DNA of 64,000 nt. Source: Eledone cirrhosa (taxonomy: Eukaryota). The stretch lies in contig OZ024740.1 in assembly GCA_964016885.1 (NCBI GenBank), positions 424,948,001 to 425,012,000 of the forward strand, written 5' to 3'. Position 1 is the first letter of the stretch, and each line of letters begins with the position of its first letter. Made by a program: the position numbers and the translations under genes. Under the pieces are notes generated by a model. The model worked only from the letters and a program-made list of their open reading frames with translations. It ran no database searches and was not told where the DNA came from. Below are positions 1 through 17,005 of the stretch, one piece after another.

Positions 1-375
1 ACGTTGTCAGAAAAATACAGGAGAAGGAGGACATCTACGGACCATTGATGAGGAGTTTACAAATCCAGTATCCAAGATACACCTTTAGCTTCATACCCAT
101 CATTATTGGTGCTACGGGTTATATACCAACCCGCTTGGACCAAAGTATGACCGAACTTGGATTTGCGGACAAAAAGCGCAGCTCCCTAATTCATAGTCTA
201 CAAATGGCTGCGATAGCTGGCACCTTCAAAATATGCAAAACATTCTTGCAATTCAAGGGATGACAATTTCTTTTCTTTTACAACCTTGCCACCAGGAAGG
301 TGGCCGGTCAAAAAAATATACTCGAAATTAAGAGAAAGAGAAAACATACATACACAGATATACATACATACATAT
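1..375 (+). mobile_element. 3' end (RLE C-terminus + 3' UTR) of an R4/Dong-like non-LTR retrotransposon, running in from the window edge
   Basis: Nearly identical to 5015-5385; ORF 45..263 matches the C-terminus of ORF 3388..5277 (…PIIIGATG…LQMAAIAGTFKICKTFL). Confidence 0.9.
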
Positions 376-983
376 ATGGTGGCTGCCAACTCGTTTTCGA
401 GTACGGCCACTACTTTATATCCATGTAGGAGAACCCCTACTGATGCGCTGAACGAGTGTGATTTTTTACCCCAGCCAGCGACTTGAAAACTCTGGTACAA
501 ACACTACACTTGTGACAATTATTGACACATAGTTCTGGGCCCATGGAACCATGTGATGACAAGTGCAGAGAGATCTCCAGATATAAAGCAATACCTGTGC
601 CGTGAAGCTTTTATAGTGAGCAAAGGCACTGCACAGAGCCAGTCCCACTCTCTTAACCAAGATGATATTTACCAAAAAGAAGAACAAGTCAACATCATTG
701 GATACCATCAGGGTTGCAGGTGTTATATCAGAGTTTTCCTTCTCCTAGAGTTCTGCCTTGACAAAGGCTAAGGGGTCATCTCTCCCGGTGATTTTGGATG
801 GCCATTGACTCTTAAGAGCTCTTTGTCTTTGACAGGTTTTGTTTTTAGTCCTGCATGATGTCCAAAGTCACCCTCCTCACCAAGAAACCTTGGTGGGGTT
901 GTCAGTTTAGTCGCCAACAACCCGACCATGAGACAGCTTGTACTGGGATACATGTTACCAGTAGCACCAACTGGTGACCTGAC
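376..983 (-). mobile_element. ~600 bp non-coding, RTE-like non-autonomous retroelement, copy 1
   Basis: Reverse complement of 17006-17610; (TATG)n-type repeats on both sides; 3' end …GAGTTGGCAGCCACCAT; no credible ORF. RTE affinity is inferred from recalled end motifs. Confidence 0.7.
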
Positions 984-1130
984 ATATATTACATACATAC
1001 ATATATACATACATACATACACAGACATACATACATACATACACTCACAGATATACATACATACATACATACATACATACATACATACATACATACATAC
1101 ATACATACATACATACATACATACATACAT
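984..1130. repeat. (CATA)n microsatellite
   Basis: Directly visible. Confidence 0.95.
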
Positions 1131-4100
1131 AAATGGCGACCGTTGTGGTCAGTGTCCGATAATCGGACGTGTGTAATTACGGCTTACATGAAGGCAACAT
1201 ACCATATATTGGAAAAAGTTGAGCTACATTACGCGGTAAGATTACATACAATAATTCTACATAAGTGTTTTAACTGTAAGTGTGTTGTAAAACACCTATT
1301 TATATGAACGATACATACACTTATGATATATGAACGATACATACACTTTAACATATAAATGCAACGTTGTTATATTACATTTATAAAGAAATATACAAGT
1401 AACGTTTTCGATTCAGAAACAAAAATATAAGTGTTTGAACTGTGAATATGTTGTGAATAAGTTGTAGAACACCTATTTATATGAATGATACATAAACTTT
1501 AACATATAAATACAGCTTTGTTATATTATATTACATTCATAAAGGAATATACTAAATAACGGTTCTTTTTGTTCTCGATTCAAACGATTCAAGAATAACG
1601 TTTAAAACACAGTTGTAGAATTAAAAACTAACTGAAAAGAAATATTACCCAAGCTGTGAATAACTTTAAATTTGATTCTGACAGAACTTTGTCGTAACTT
1701 TTAAAGAAGATCATCGACTATTTTGAAAAATAAATACGAAATATTAGTGAATAGACGAACTCATCATGGCAAAAAGTACAAGTCTCCTTCGACCAAATCG
1801 CAACTACAACCGTTGTACACAGTGGAGCTATGAGCTTAACAAAGTATTATATGAAGCATACAAACAATCTGAACCCCAAAAGTTCGGTTTTATGCAAAGG
1901 CTAAAAACTTTATGGAACTCCAAACACACCCAGAATTAGACTTTTCTCCAAAGCATTTAAATGAATAGGCAAAACGTATCATTAGATGTATATTGATACA
2001 TCTAACGGAATTGATTGATACTACAAATACAGCCCTTGTAGACAACAACCCCACCTCCACTGACAGACAAAGAGAATGGCCAGCTAAATCTAACAGTGAA
2101 AAGCTCACCAACAATTTTGCTGAAATCCATCCCACTTCCACTGAAGAACAGCGAGAAAGGTCAGCTAACTGTAGTAGTAATTGTCACCACATCAACAACG
2201 AGGCTGAAATTCATGACTCTACTGAACAAACAGAGCACCAAAAACTTGTGGGCTCCTTACAAGTGATATGGAACGATATGTTTCAAGAGATACACAGCCT
2301 TAATGTGAGTGACAGACCATACAACACTAGAGTCAGTAAAGAACCCACTAAATTGGAATTGGAAGCGGTGAACGAAATAGCTGGCAATTATCTGAAGGCT
2401 ATACGATCTAAAGGTGTAGAAACGACATTTGAAACGCTTAATGTTTTGTTATATGTTTCAGCTGTCACATTGCTATCATATAACACACATCTAAAACCAC
2501 GCAATCAAGATACAAACAGAAAGCCTGAACCAGCGTGGATGCGAAATTTAAAAACCAAAATTTTGTCCCTGAGACGAAGTATCTCACACATCGCAGTCGT
2601 TATGAAATGCAACATAGAGAGCAACTTCACACGACACCAGGAAGACCTAAAGAAAAAGCTAGAGAGACGATTTGGAGATACAAAATTTAAAACTTTGCAC
2701 TCCAAATTACACCAGTTGAAACAACAACTCACAGCTACAACAGAAAGACTAAAATATAAGTCAACAGCACATAAACGACAAGTGATAAATAGATTGTTTG
2801 CCAGAGATCCTAAATCAGTTTATCGCAGCTTCGGTGGCAAAAGCTCAATCTCTGTAAATGACACCCCTTCAAAAGAACAGGTTGAGAGCTACTGGAGATC
2901 TGTATGGGAAACGGATGACGGATTCAACAGACAAGCTAATTGGCTAAAAGAAGTGGAACAGGACTACTGCCAACATGTCCAAACAAAACAATATGACATA
3001 GATGGGTCAATACTGGAAACAGCTCTACAGAAAATGTCGAATAGGAAATCGCCAGGCCCAGACCTCATTACAGGATACTGGTTGAAGAATTTCACTTTCT
3101 ATCGGCAAGATCTCATACGGCTGTTTACAGAAACCATTAAGGGCACACAAGAACTGCCCAGATGGTTATCAACTGCCACTACTCTCCTCATTCCCCAAAA
3201 TAGCCAAACCACCCTTGCTAAAAATTACCGCCCAATTGCCTGCCAAAACATCATGTATAAATTATATACTGGGTGCCTTAACCTGTTCTTACAGGATCAC
3301 TGTGCTACCAACAACATCATAACACCTTAGCAAGCTGGTGGAAAGAGGGAGGTGTAGGGTTGCATAGATCACCTACTAACTAACAAAATGATTCAGGAAA
3401 AAACAACAAAGAATCACAGAAACATGACTGTGGTGTGGCTGGACTATCAAAAAGCATTTGATAGTGTACCTCATGGGTGGATTATTAAGGCTTTACAGTT
3501 AGCTAAAGTCCCACAACCATTGGTAGCTGCTGTTGAACGCCTGACCAAGAACTGGTACACCATTTTGATCCTTAGAGGTGAGAAGGAGCAGGTTAAGACT
3601 GATAAGATACATTACCAGAAGGGCATCTTTCAGGGTGATAGCTTGTCAGTGCTACTCTTCGTTCTCTCACTGAATCCACTATCTTACCTACCCAGGAAGC
3701 AAGGTGGACAAAGAAGTGGGCCCAGAAGTATCTCCCATCTTTTCTTTGTTGATGACCTGAAGTTGTATGGGCCAAATATCAATGACATCAAGAAACAATT
3801 GGACCTCATTACACAATTTTCAACCGACATCAAAATGAAATTTGGTGAGTCCAAGTGTGCATATTTGGCAGTAAAACGTGGAAGAGCTGTGCCCTCCTCT
3901 AGAAATCTAGAGATGAACGGCCTGACAATACAACCTCTGCAGTCAGGTGACAACTACAGATATCTTGGACAGGATGAGAATGTCAGATATAATGGACCCA
4001 TAAATAAGGAGAGAACCAGAACTGAATACCTCAGAAGAGTAAAGAAAATATGGTCATCAGAACTGTCAGCATACAACAAATACATTGCCCACAATACTTA

Positions 4101-5385
4101 TGCTGTGCCAATTCTAACGCCAACATTTGGCCTACTGAACTGGTCATTGCAAGAACTAAGTGAGATGGATGTTAGAACTCGAAAACTTCTCAGTTTTACT
4201 GGGAACTTTAACATCAATGGTGATGTGGATAGGCTATACTTCTCACGCAAGGAAGGTGGCCGGGGTCTAAAATCAATATTAACAACATATGAGACCCGGA
4301 TAGTAACACTGAAGCAACACCTTCAACAGAGGAAAAAGGTTGGCAACCACCTTGCCCAGGTTTATGACCATGAAAAAAGAAATATCATTAGAATAGCGAC
4401 TGATCTGGAGGAGAGATATGGAATAAAGCCTGATATAAATCTCTCACCCAGAGAAATCGGAAGATCCTATTCAATGTTCAAACAAGATAAAAAAATTGAC
4501 CAATTTACAGAAAAAGTTGTGCATGGATACTTGAGGCGTAAAACACAGACCATAGAGGGGATAAACCACTCAAAAAGCCTGGCATGGAGTTCCGACAAGT
4601 TTATGACATTACACCTTGAGGGATATCTCTATGCAATACAGGAACAAGAACTCCCTACCAAATATCTGCTGCACAAAAGAGGAGGGCCAGCAGCTGACAA
4701 TAAACGTAGGCTATGTAAAACAAAGATCGAGGATGTAAGCCACATTGTTGCCAGCTGCGAAAGAATGTCATCTCGCTACTACCTCCCCATGAGACACGAT
4801 GGGATAGCTAGAACCATCTGGAACGCACTTCGGAAAACAAAATTAACAACAAACGAGGAAGAATATATTGAGACAGATGGCACTAAGGAATACTGGTGGA
4901 ACCTGAAAATAAAAACTGCCACTAAATTAAAGCACAACCGGCCTGATATTGTAGTTTGGGACCACACATTGAAAACGTGTTCTGTTGTGGAGAGCAGCTG
5001 CCCACTTGATGTAAACGTTGTCAGAAAAATACAGGAGAAGGAGGACATCTACGGACCATTGATGAGGAGTTTACAAATCCAGTATCCAAGATACACCTTT
5101 AGCTTCATACCCATCATTATTGGTGCTACGGGTTCTATACCAATCCGCTTGGACCAAAGTATGACTGAACTTAGATTTGCGGACAAAAAGCGCAGCTCCC
5201 TAATTCATAGTCTACAAATGGCTGCGATAGCTGGCACTTTCAAAATTTGCAAAACATTCTTGCGATTCAAGGGATGACAATTTCTTTACTTTTACAACCT
5301 TGCCACCAGGAAGTTGGCCGGTCAAAAAAATATACATGAAATTAAGAGAAAGAGAAAACATACATACACAGATATACATACATAT
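1131..5385 (+). mobile_element. Near full-length R4/Dong-clade non-LTR retrotransposon (single ORF, RT + C-terminal RLE)
   Basis: Begins right after (CATA)n; AT-rich 5' UTR; ORF remnants with RT and RLE motifs; 3' UTR ends in CATA-like repeats. Confidence 0.85.
1766..5277 (+). pseudogene. Disrupted polyprotein: N-terminal domain, reverse transcriptase, zinc knuckle, PD-(D/E)xK restriction-like endonuclease
   Basis: [54 protein letters not shown] (first Cys lost), RHD, RPDIVVWD, ESSCP. Stop codons at 3328-3330 and ~3355; frameshift/stop upstream of 1993; start approximate. Confidence 0.88.
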
Positions 5386-5459
5386 GGTTGTTATACGACT
5401 TATGTCACTAAATAAAAGGAAAAATATCACCGCTTCTTATCATTGGATAATTGCGGCTC

Positions 5460-5542
5460 TCACACACACACTGACACAGAGTGACACACACACACTGACA
5501 CACTGACACACGCATTGATACACACTGACACACACACACACA

Positions 5543-5583
<41 letters not shown>

Positions 5584-5814
5584 AGACACACTGGCACACA
5601 CAGACTTACACAGAGTGACACACACTTACACACAGTGACACACACACACACTGACACAGAGGGACATATACACACACTCACCCACACACTGACACGCACT
5701 TACACACTCATTGGACCAGTCCCTCACTCACTCATTCACTCTCTCTCTCTCACTCTCTCATATACATATATATATATATGTGTGTGTGTATATATATATA
5801 TGTATATATATACA

Positions 5815-5889
<75 letters not shown>
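5460..5889. repeat. (CA)n-derived and (TA)n microsatellites
   Basis: Directly visible. Confidence 0.9.
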
Positions 5890-5893
<4 letters not shown>

Positions 5894-6655
5894 CATGTTG
5901 CCAATAAGAAACACACGCGCCAGTTGCTTTCACTTCAATTTATTATAATAAATTTATAAATTTAGGAATTTATAAATTTCCGGTTGGTTGGTTGGTTCCA
6001 CAACCAGATGGTTGTTTATATATTGTCAAAGTTCTTTCGTCACACATTCTGTGACCTCTTCAGTGACTGGGGGTTCTTTTCTTTGTTTTTGTGCCTCTCC
6101 TTTGTTCTGTCCTACGCCATCTTGTTTTTGTTTGTGTGTTGTGTGCTTAGTTTGCGCATGTGTAAACACATGCGCAAACTAAGCACACAACACACACATA
6201 AATTGAAGTGAAAGCAACTGGTGCGTGTGTTTCTTATTGGCAACATGACCCTCCCAAAGTATAACAATATCGGTGTGTTGTGTGCTTAGTTTGCGCATGT
6301 GTTTACACATGCGCAAACTAAGCACACAACACACACACAAAAACAAGATGGCGTAGGACAGAACAAAGGAGAGGCACAAAAACAAAGAAAAGAATCCCAA
6401 GTCACTGAAGAGGTCACAGAATATGTGACGAAAGAACTTTGACAATATATAAACAACCATCTGGTTGTGGAACCAACCAACCAACCGGAAATTTATAAAT
6501 TCCTAAATTTATAAATTTATTATAATAAATTGAAGTGAAAGCAACTGGCGCGTGTGTTTCTTATTGGCAACATCATGTTGCCAATAAAGTATAACAATAT
6601 CGGTTTCAACACACGTTTTCAGATAAAGAATCTTGCTAAACAAATTCAGAAACGA
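5890..6655. mobile_element. Nested inverted-repeat element (family A) in (TA)n; probably Penelope-like pLTR-derived
   Basis: 5890-6176 mirrored by ~6273-6573; internal hairpin TGCGCATGTGT-AA-ACACATGCGCA; shares ATGACCCTCCC-AAGTATAACAATAT with 36592-36617 and 45753-45777. Confidence 0.7.
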
Positions 6656-6668
6656 TATATATATATAT

Positions 6669-6765
6669 AGGAACCAGTAGGACCCCGACGGCTGAGCTCA
6701 AGCCGTTTCGACGGCTAATTCTGGACTAAACATTTTTAGTCCAGAATTAGCCGTCGAAACGGCTT

Positions 6766-6767
<2 letters not shown>
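6669..6767. mobile_element. Hairpin element, family B, copy 1
   Basis: TCAAGCCGTTTCGACGGCTAATTCTGGACTAAA-cat-TTTAGTCCAGAATTAGCCGTCGAAACGGCTTGA between (TA)n tracts; homologous to 25867-26073 and 27725-27915. Confidence 0.8.
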
Positions 6768-10370
<3,603 letters not shown>

Positions 10371-11154
10371 TAAGAGTAAGGGGATAGGAACCATGGTTTC
10401 TCAGAAGAACTATTCTTGATTTGAAGCAGCAAGAAGCTGGAGATAAGAATGTCCAAGTTAACAAACAGTAACAACTTAACATCTGTAAGGAATCACGGAA
10501 ATCGAAAATGGCAAGAGCCGGGTATTTAAAAGATAAGGAATGGCAAAGAGTTGCTGAGAGTCTGGAAAAGGGGAGGTGTTTGTGTAGGACACAGTTGATA
10601 AAGGTTAGGTTAGAATGTAGCCCCTGATATTGCTTGAAAATGAAATATGATAGCTCCTCCCTGGATAATTGATGTGTGAGACATATATTCTAGTTAAACC
10701 CCTTCTTTTTTTCTTCTGAATCTGAAACATTCATGCCCTTTCCACCCGCCTATTGCTTATATCCGACTTCTGAATAGTTAACTGGGACGTAATCTTATCT
10801 TCCCCTGGATAAGTCGCTTGTTCCGCCTGTAGATTTCACTCCACTCTACAAGAAGAACCTGAAGTCATCACTGTCAATATATACTATTCCTCTCCACTCT
10901 CGGGTCTCGAATAATCCCCACCCCAGATATTTTTCAACACTCCAGCTCATATGCCAACCCCTCCCACCCCGCATATTAAATTTTGCTAATCTATCTCCGG
11001 TGAAATTTTATTTTAAGTGGTAGCATTCCTGTAATAATTAATTTTCTTTATATATTAAACATCATTTATACATTATAAAACAAAAGTACATTACAAGAAA
11101 TCCCATTTGTTATAAAATAAATAGGATGGATTGGGGTCTCAATATGTAAACATT

Positions 11155-11330
11155 TATCGATCGACTTTCGTCAAATCAGACCGAGGAAACAATGTTTCCG
11201 TTGGTCTTTCCAATTGCTAGTACTATCTATCGGTCCTAACTCTAGGTAGAAGGAGCAACGTGAAATAAAGTGTCTGGCTCAAGGACATAACGCATCGCCC
11301 GGCTCAGGAATCGAACTCACAACCTCAAGA
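11155..11330 (-). mobile_element. tRNA-derived SINE family 2 (CORE-like), truncated
   Basis: Homologous to 30869-31084; minus-strand box B-like GAGTTCGATTCC followed by CCTTGAGCCAGACACTTTATTTCAC. Confidence 0.75.
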
Positions 11331-11504
11331 AAAATTACCGATTAATCCATCCCACTCGCTTATTCCTCCACTCCCACCCTTACTTATTTGGAACCGGAGA
11401 GTAATTGTCTACACGTGGCTATCCATTGGTTACTATCACTGCTATCTATCGGCCATGATAAACGGTCACACACCTAGTTCACTTATTTGCAATTACAATG
11501 ATAT

Positions 11505-11697
11505 TTTCTGATTTAGGCACAAGGCCAGCAATTTTGGGGGAGGGGAAGGTCGAGTAAATCGTCCCCAGTGTTATACTGGTACTTTATTTTATCGACCCTG
11601 TAACGATGAAAGGCAAAGTTTACATCGGTGGGATTTGATATCAGAACGTAAAAGGCCGTAACTCTCTGCCAAAAAGCAGGGTGTCCTTCTGCCAATA
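11505..11697 (-). mobile_element. tRNA-derived SINE family 1, diverged variant
   Basis: Reverse complement of the core TTTGCCTTTCATC…GGGTCGATAAAATAAAGTACCAG and the tail GCTGGCCTTGTGCC. Confidence 0.75.
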
Positions 11698-11860
11698 ATA
11701 ACAACATAAACAAAAATCACAAAACAACCTCTGCCACAAAAGAATGAAAGAAAAGAGAAAGAAGTGCTGGAAGAACAATACGAAAGGTACACAAATACAA
11801 CTTATCTTCATGAACTTCACTGTGGTTCAAAACCGCAAGTTTACAGATGAGGTTATAAAT

Positions 11861-11980
11861 AATTGGTTCTACATTTGGCACAAGGCCTGCCATTACCCCA
11901 GTACATTACTGGTACTTTATTTTATCGATTCCGTAAGGATGAAAGGCAGAGTTAACCTCGGCGGGATTTGAACTCAGAAT
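11861..11980 (-). mobile_element. SINE family 1, 5'-truncated
   Basis: Matches the 3' part of 51983-52172. Confidence 0.8.
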
Positions 11981-12049
11981 AACAATAAAATACGGATATA
12001 TAAATGGAGAGGACTTCGACAAAGTTGTGCTGGAAATACTTCTGGATAG

Positions 12050-12620
12050 ACTATTAATTTAAATATATATAGTCATATACAAACCTTTACCAACGAAATG
12101 TTCCGGAGACATTGGACATTGTCAACTAAAATCAGTCAAAAGAATTCTGGAAAGTCTCTTCAGCAATCATGCCCCAGGGAATAAAGACTTGATCACCCGG
12201 CTTCCCTGGAACCAAGCTAAATATCCTCTCTTTTTCTTTGTCCAGTAGATAAGACTACAGTTGAAATGGGAAGAATAAATATGCTGACCGTTGCTTGGAA
12301 TCAAGGTCACTGGTTCAATGACCTTCCGTCATTAAACATAAAGGCGGCAGACATTAGTGAGCCCAAGAATTTTAGGGAACGTGCACTCCCGCCCATTTTT
12401 GTCAACTACGAAGCGTACTCAATATGTGGCCTTTAAGGTGATGTGGCAGTATTATTTCGGCAAGGCTTGAATTTTGGGGTAAACACTCGGCTGATAAGGT
12501 GGTATTACTGGACTTGGAACTGCAGCACAGTGCCTTTCGATTAATGGCCGTCTATGTCGCCGGCAAAAACTATCCAGTGATTCTTTCCTGAGACATTCTA
12601 ACCATTTGTCTGTAATATCG
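12050..12620 (+). pseudogene. Old degraded Tx1/L1 relic (end of ORF1, start of AP endonuclease)
   Basis: Hand translation gives WNQGHWFNDLPSLNIKAADISEPK, AVLFRQGL and KVVLLDLELQHSAFRLMAVY, which align with WKQGHLLNDLRSLNIDVVAISETR and KLVVLDVTGSEGNAFRLVAVY of the 36680-42340 element. Confidence 0.7.
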
Positions 12621-12894
12621 GAGCTGTGAGTCTTCACTGTCAAGTCTTTTATCCAGACAGTATAGCTAGAATTAAGTTATATAATATAACATTCTTTACT
12701 GACTTTTTATAACAGAGTAGTTTATGATATCCAGTTGGTGGAACAATCACGTAGGGGCTCCCTCTTTGACTGAGGAAAAAGAGGAAGCGTCACTGGTGAT
12801 ATTAAATGGTTATCTGTTTAACAACTCACATAAAAAAAGGTTTCTTGGTAAACTTGATGAATAACCGAACTTGTAAGTCGTGAATCTCAGTCAT

Positions 12895-15390
12895 GTTGGT
12901 GGTGGTAGTACCGGTACTTTTGATAATGGTGATGGTGACCGTGATGATGGTGATGGTGGTGGTGATGGTGGTGATGGTGGTGATGGTGGTGGTGATGGTG
13001 GTGATGGTGGTGATGGTGGTGGTGATGGTGGTAATGGTGGTGATGGTGGTGATGATGGTGATGGTGGTGATGGTGGTGGTGATGGTGGTGATGGTGGTGA
13101 TGGTGGTGATGGTGGTGGTAATGGTGGTGATGGTGGTGATGATGGTGGTGATGGTGGTGGTGATGGTGGTGATGGTGGTGATGGTGGTGGTGATGGTGGT
13201 GATGGTGGTGATGGTGGTGATGGTGGTGATGGTGGTGGTGATGGTGGTGATGGTGGTGATGGTGACCGTGATGATGGAGGTGATGGTGGTGATGGTGGTG
13301 ATGGTGGTGATGGTGGTGGTGATGGTGGTGATGGTGACCGTGATGATGGTGGTGATGGTGGTGATGGTGGTGATGGTGGTGATGGTGGTGGTGATGGTGG
13401 TAATGGTGGTGATGGTGGTGATGATGGTGATGGTGGTGATGGTGGTGGTGATGGTGGTGATGGTGGTGGTGATGGTGGTGATGGTGGTGATGGTGGTGGT
13501 GATGGTGGTGATGGTGGTGATGGTGGTGATGGTGGTGGTGATGGTGGTGATGGTGGTGATGATGGTGGTGATGGTGGTGGTGATGGTGGTGATGGTGGTG
13601 ATGGTGGTGGTGATGGTGGTGATGGTGGTGATGGTGGTGATGGTGGTGATGGTGGTGGTGATGGTGGTGATGGTGGTGATGGTGGTGATGGTGGTGATGG
13701 TGGTGGTGATGGTGGTGATGGTGGTGATGGTGGTGATGATGGTGATGGTGGTGATGGTGGTGGTGATAGTGGTGATGGTGGTGGTGATGGTGGTGATGGT
13801 GGTGATGGTGGTGGTGATGGTGGTGATGGTGGTGATGATGGTGGTGATGGTGGTGGTGATGGTGGTGATGGTGGTGATGGTGGTGGTGATGGTGGTGATG
13901 GTGGTGATGATGGTGGTGATGGTGGTGATGGTGGTGATGGTGGTGGTGATGGTGGTAATGGTGGTGATGGTGGTGATGATGGTGATGGTGGTGATGGTGG
14001 TGGTGATGGTGGTGATGGTGGTGGTGATGGTGGTGATGGTGGTGATGGTGGTGGTGATGGTGGTGATGGTGGTGATGATGGTGGTGATGGTGGTGATGGT
14101 GGTGATGGTGGTGATGGTGGTGGTGATGGTGGTGATGGTGGTGGTGATGGTGATGATGGTGGTGATGGTGGTGATGATGGTGGTGATGGTGGTGGTGATG
14201 GTGGTGATGGTGGTGATGGTGGTGGTGATGGTGGTGATGGTGGTGATGGTGGTGATGGTGGTGGTGATGGTGGTGATGGTGGTGATGGTGGTGATGGTGG
14301 TGATGGTGGTGATGGTGGTGATGATGGTGGTGATGGTGGTGATGGTGGTGGTGATGGTGGTGATGGTGGTGGTGATGGTGGTGATGGTGGTGATGGTGGT
14401 GATGGTGGTGATGATGGTGGTGATGGTGGTGGTGATGGTGGTGATGATGGTGGTGATGGTGGTGATGGTGGTGGTGATGGTGATGATGGTGGTGATGGTG
14501 GTGATGGTGGTGATGGTGGTGGTGATGGTGGTGATGGTGGTGATGGTGGTGGTGATGGTGGTGATGGTGGTGATGGTGGTGGTGATGGTGGTGATGGTGG
14601 TGATGATGGTGGTGATGGTGATGATGATGGTGGTGATGGTGGTGATGGTGGTGATGGTGGTGATGGTGGTGGTGATGGTGATGATGGTGGTGATGGTGGT
14701 GATGGTGGTGATGGTGGTGGTGATGGTGGTGATGGTGGTGATGGTGGTGGTGATGGTGGTGATGGTGGTGATGGTGGTGGTGATGGTGGTGATGGTGGTG
14801 GTGATGGTGATGATGGTGGTGATGGTGGTGATGGTGGTGATGATGGTGGTGATGGTGATGATGGTGGTGATGATGGTGGTGATGGTTGTGATGGTGGTGA
14901 TGGTGGTGATGGTGGTGGTGATGATGGTGATGGTGGTGGTGATGGTGGTGATGGTGGTGGTGATGGTGGTGATGGTGGTGATGGTGGTGGTGGTGATGGT
15001 GATGGTGGTGATGGTGGTGATGATGGTGATGGTGGTGGTGATGGTGGTGATGGTGGTGGTGATGGTGGTGATGGTGGTGGTGGTGATGATGGTGATGATG
15101 GTGGTGATGATGGTGATGATGGTGGTGATGATGGTGATGGTGGTGGTGATGGTGGTGATGGTGGTGGTGATGGTGGTGATGGTGGTGATGGTGGTGATGG
15201 TGGTGATGATGGTGGTGATGTTGGTGATGGTGGTGGTGATGGTGGTGATGGTGGTGATGGTGATGATGGTGGTGATGATGGTGATGATGGTGGTGATGAT
15301 GGTGATGGTGGTGGTGATGGTGGTGATGATGGTGATGATGGTGGTGATGATGGTGATGATGATGGGGATGATGATGACGATGATGATGAG
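12895..15390. repeat. ~2.5 kb (GGT/GAT)n trinucleotide satellite
   Basis: Mostly GATGGTGGT units with higher-order variants. Confidence 0.95.
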
Positions 15391-15449
15391 GAGGGGGGGG
15401 GGGCTCTAAAGAAAGGGAGAGGTGGTATGAGCAATGAGGAAGAAGTAAA

Positions 15450-15666
15450 ATGAAAGGTAATAGAAAGACAAGACGAGATAGAGAGAAGGGGAGAGTGAAG
15501 GGGGAGAGAGATAAGGGGAGAGCGAAGGAGAGAGAGAGAGAGAGAAGGGGAGAGAGCGAAGGGGAGAGAGAGAGAGAAGGGGGAGAGAAGGGGAGAGCCA
15601 GAGAGAGACAGATACAGAGAGAGAGAAAGAGAGAGACAGAGAGATAGAAGGGGAGAGAGAGAGAAG

Positions 15667-15727
<61 letters not shown>

Positions 15728-16380
15728 TATAAGGTATGACGATCATAATGGTCTAAGTATAATATCAAATATAGACATCTTTTGAAGGTGAATGTCATGG
15801 TGGGATTGAGATAAAGACTGGAATAAAGAGAGAGAAAGAGAGGTAGAAAGATAAAGAGAGAGAAAGAGAGGTAGAAAGATAAAGAGAGTGAAAGAAGAAA
15901 AGAGAGAAAGAAGAAAGGAAAGAAAGAAGAAAAGAAAGAAAGAAGAAAGGAGAGAAAGAAGAGAGGAGAGAAAGAAGAGAGGAGAGAAACAAGTATGAAA
16001 GAAATAATAAAAATGGCGGAAAGTAAAAAGGAGAAAAGAACTTGTGGGAGAAAAAGAAATAAAAAAATGGAAAGATATGTAGGCGGGGAGGGTGGGGTTA
16101 GTGGGTTTTATTGGAAGAAACAGCTGGGGGGGGGTATAAGGAAGGGTGGGTGGGGATGAAAGAATGAAAGAGGAAGGAATTAGGGAAGACCAGAAAAAAA
16201 AGAAAGAAAAAAAACGGAAAAAATTAAAATAAGATAGAAGGGAAAATGGAAAGAAAGAAATAAAGAAGGAAGAAAAGGATGAAAAAGTTGTAAAAAAGAA
16301 TGAATGAAGAAAGGAAAGAAGGAAGGAGAGAAAGAAAGTTGTGTTCCTGAAAGAAAGGAAAGAAAAAGGGGGCAAAGGTA
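15450..16380. repeat. Purine-rich (GA)n low-complexity tract
   Basis: Directly visible. Confidence 0.85.
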
Positions 16381-16635
16381 CAACAGAATACAGTAGATTG
16401 CTGTCAGAAAACATTATAGATCGATATTTGAAAGGTTGGAAAAATGGCAGCTTTCTGAGAAGAGATGTGAAGGATCTAGTCTAAAAATAGCAACAGGATG
16501 ACGCCACCACTTCACCTGGCCATTAATCTCACACTCGTTATTCTCATCTTATAGACACACCGTCCACATTTGTCATATATCAATTCATAAATACATATAT
16601 ACATTTAAGTACGTATGTATGTATATGTATGTATG

Positions 16636-16667
<32 letters not shown>

Positions 16668-16724
16668 CATACATGTATGTATGTATGTATGCATACATGT
16701 ATGTATGTATATATGTGTGTCTGA

Positions 16725-16817
<93 letters not shown>

Positions 16818-17005
16818 TATATATATAATGTGAGTGTGCGTTATACATAAACAGTATATTTAGGAAAATACATGTATGTATATGTATTTATCTATGTAAA
16901 AAAATATATTTTTATATGTATGTACATAAGTATGTATGTATGTATGTATGTATGTATGTATGTATGTATGTATGTATGTATGTATGTATGTATGTATGTA
17001 TGTAT

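Noticed and set aside
10380-10880. Possible degraded CR1/L2-type LINE on the minus strand (SSEKPWF)
   Set aside because: Only one short motif; too degraded to support a call.
12880-15746. 857/951/838-aa Gly-Asp, Pro-Ser and Val-Met ORFs
   Set aside because: A stop-free trinucleotide repeat open in several frames and on both strands; no non-repetitive domain.
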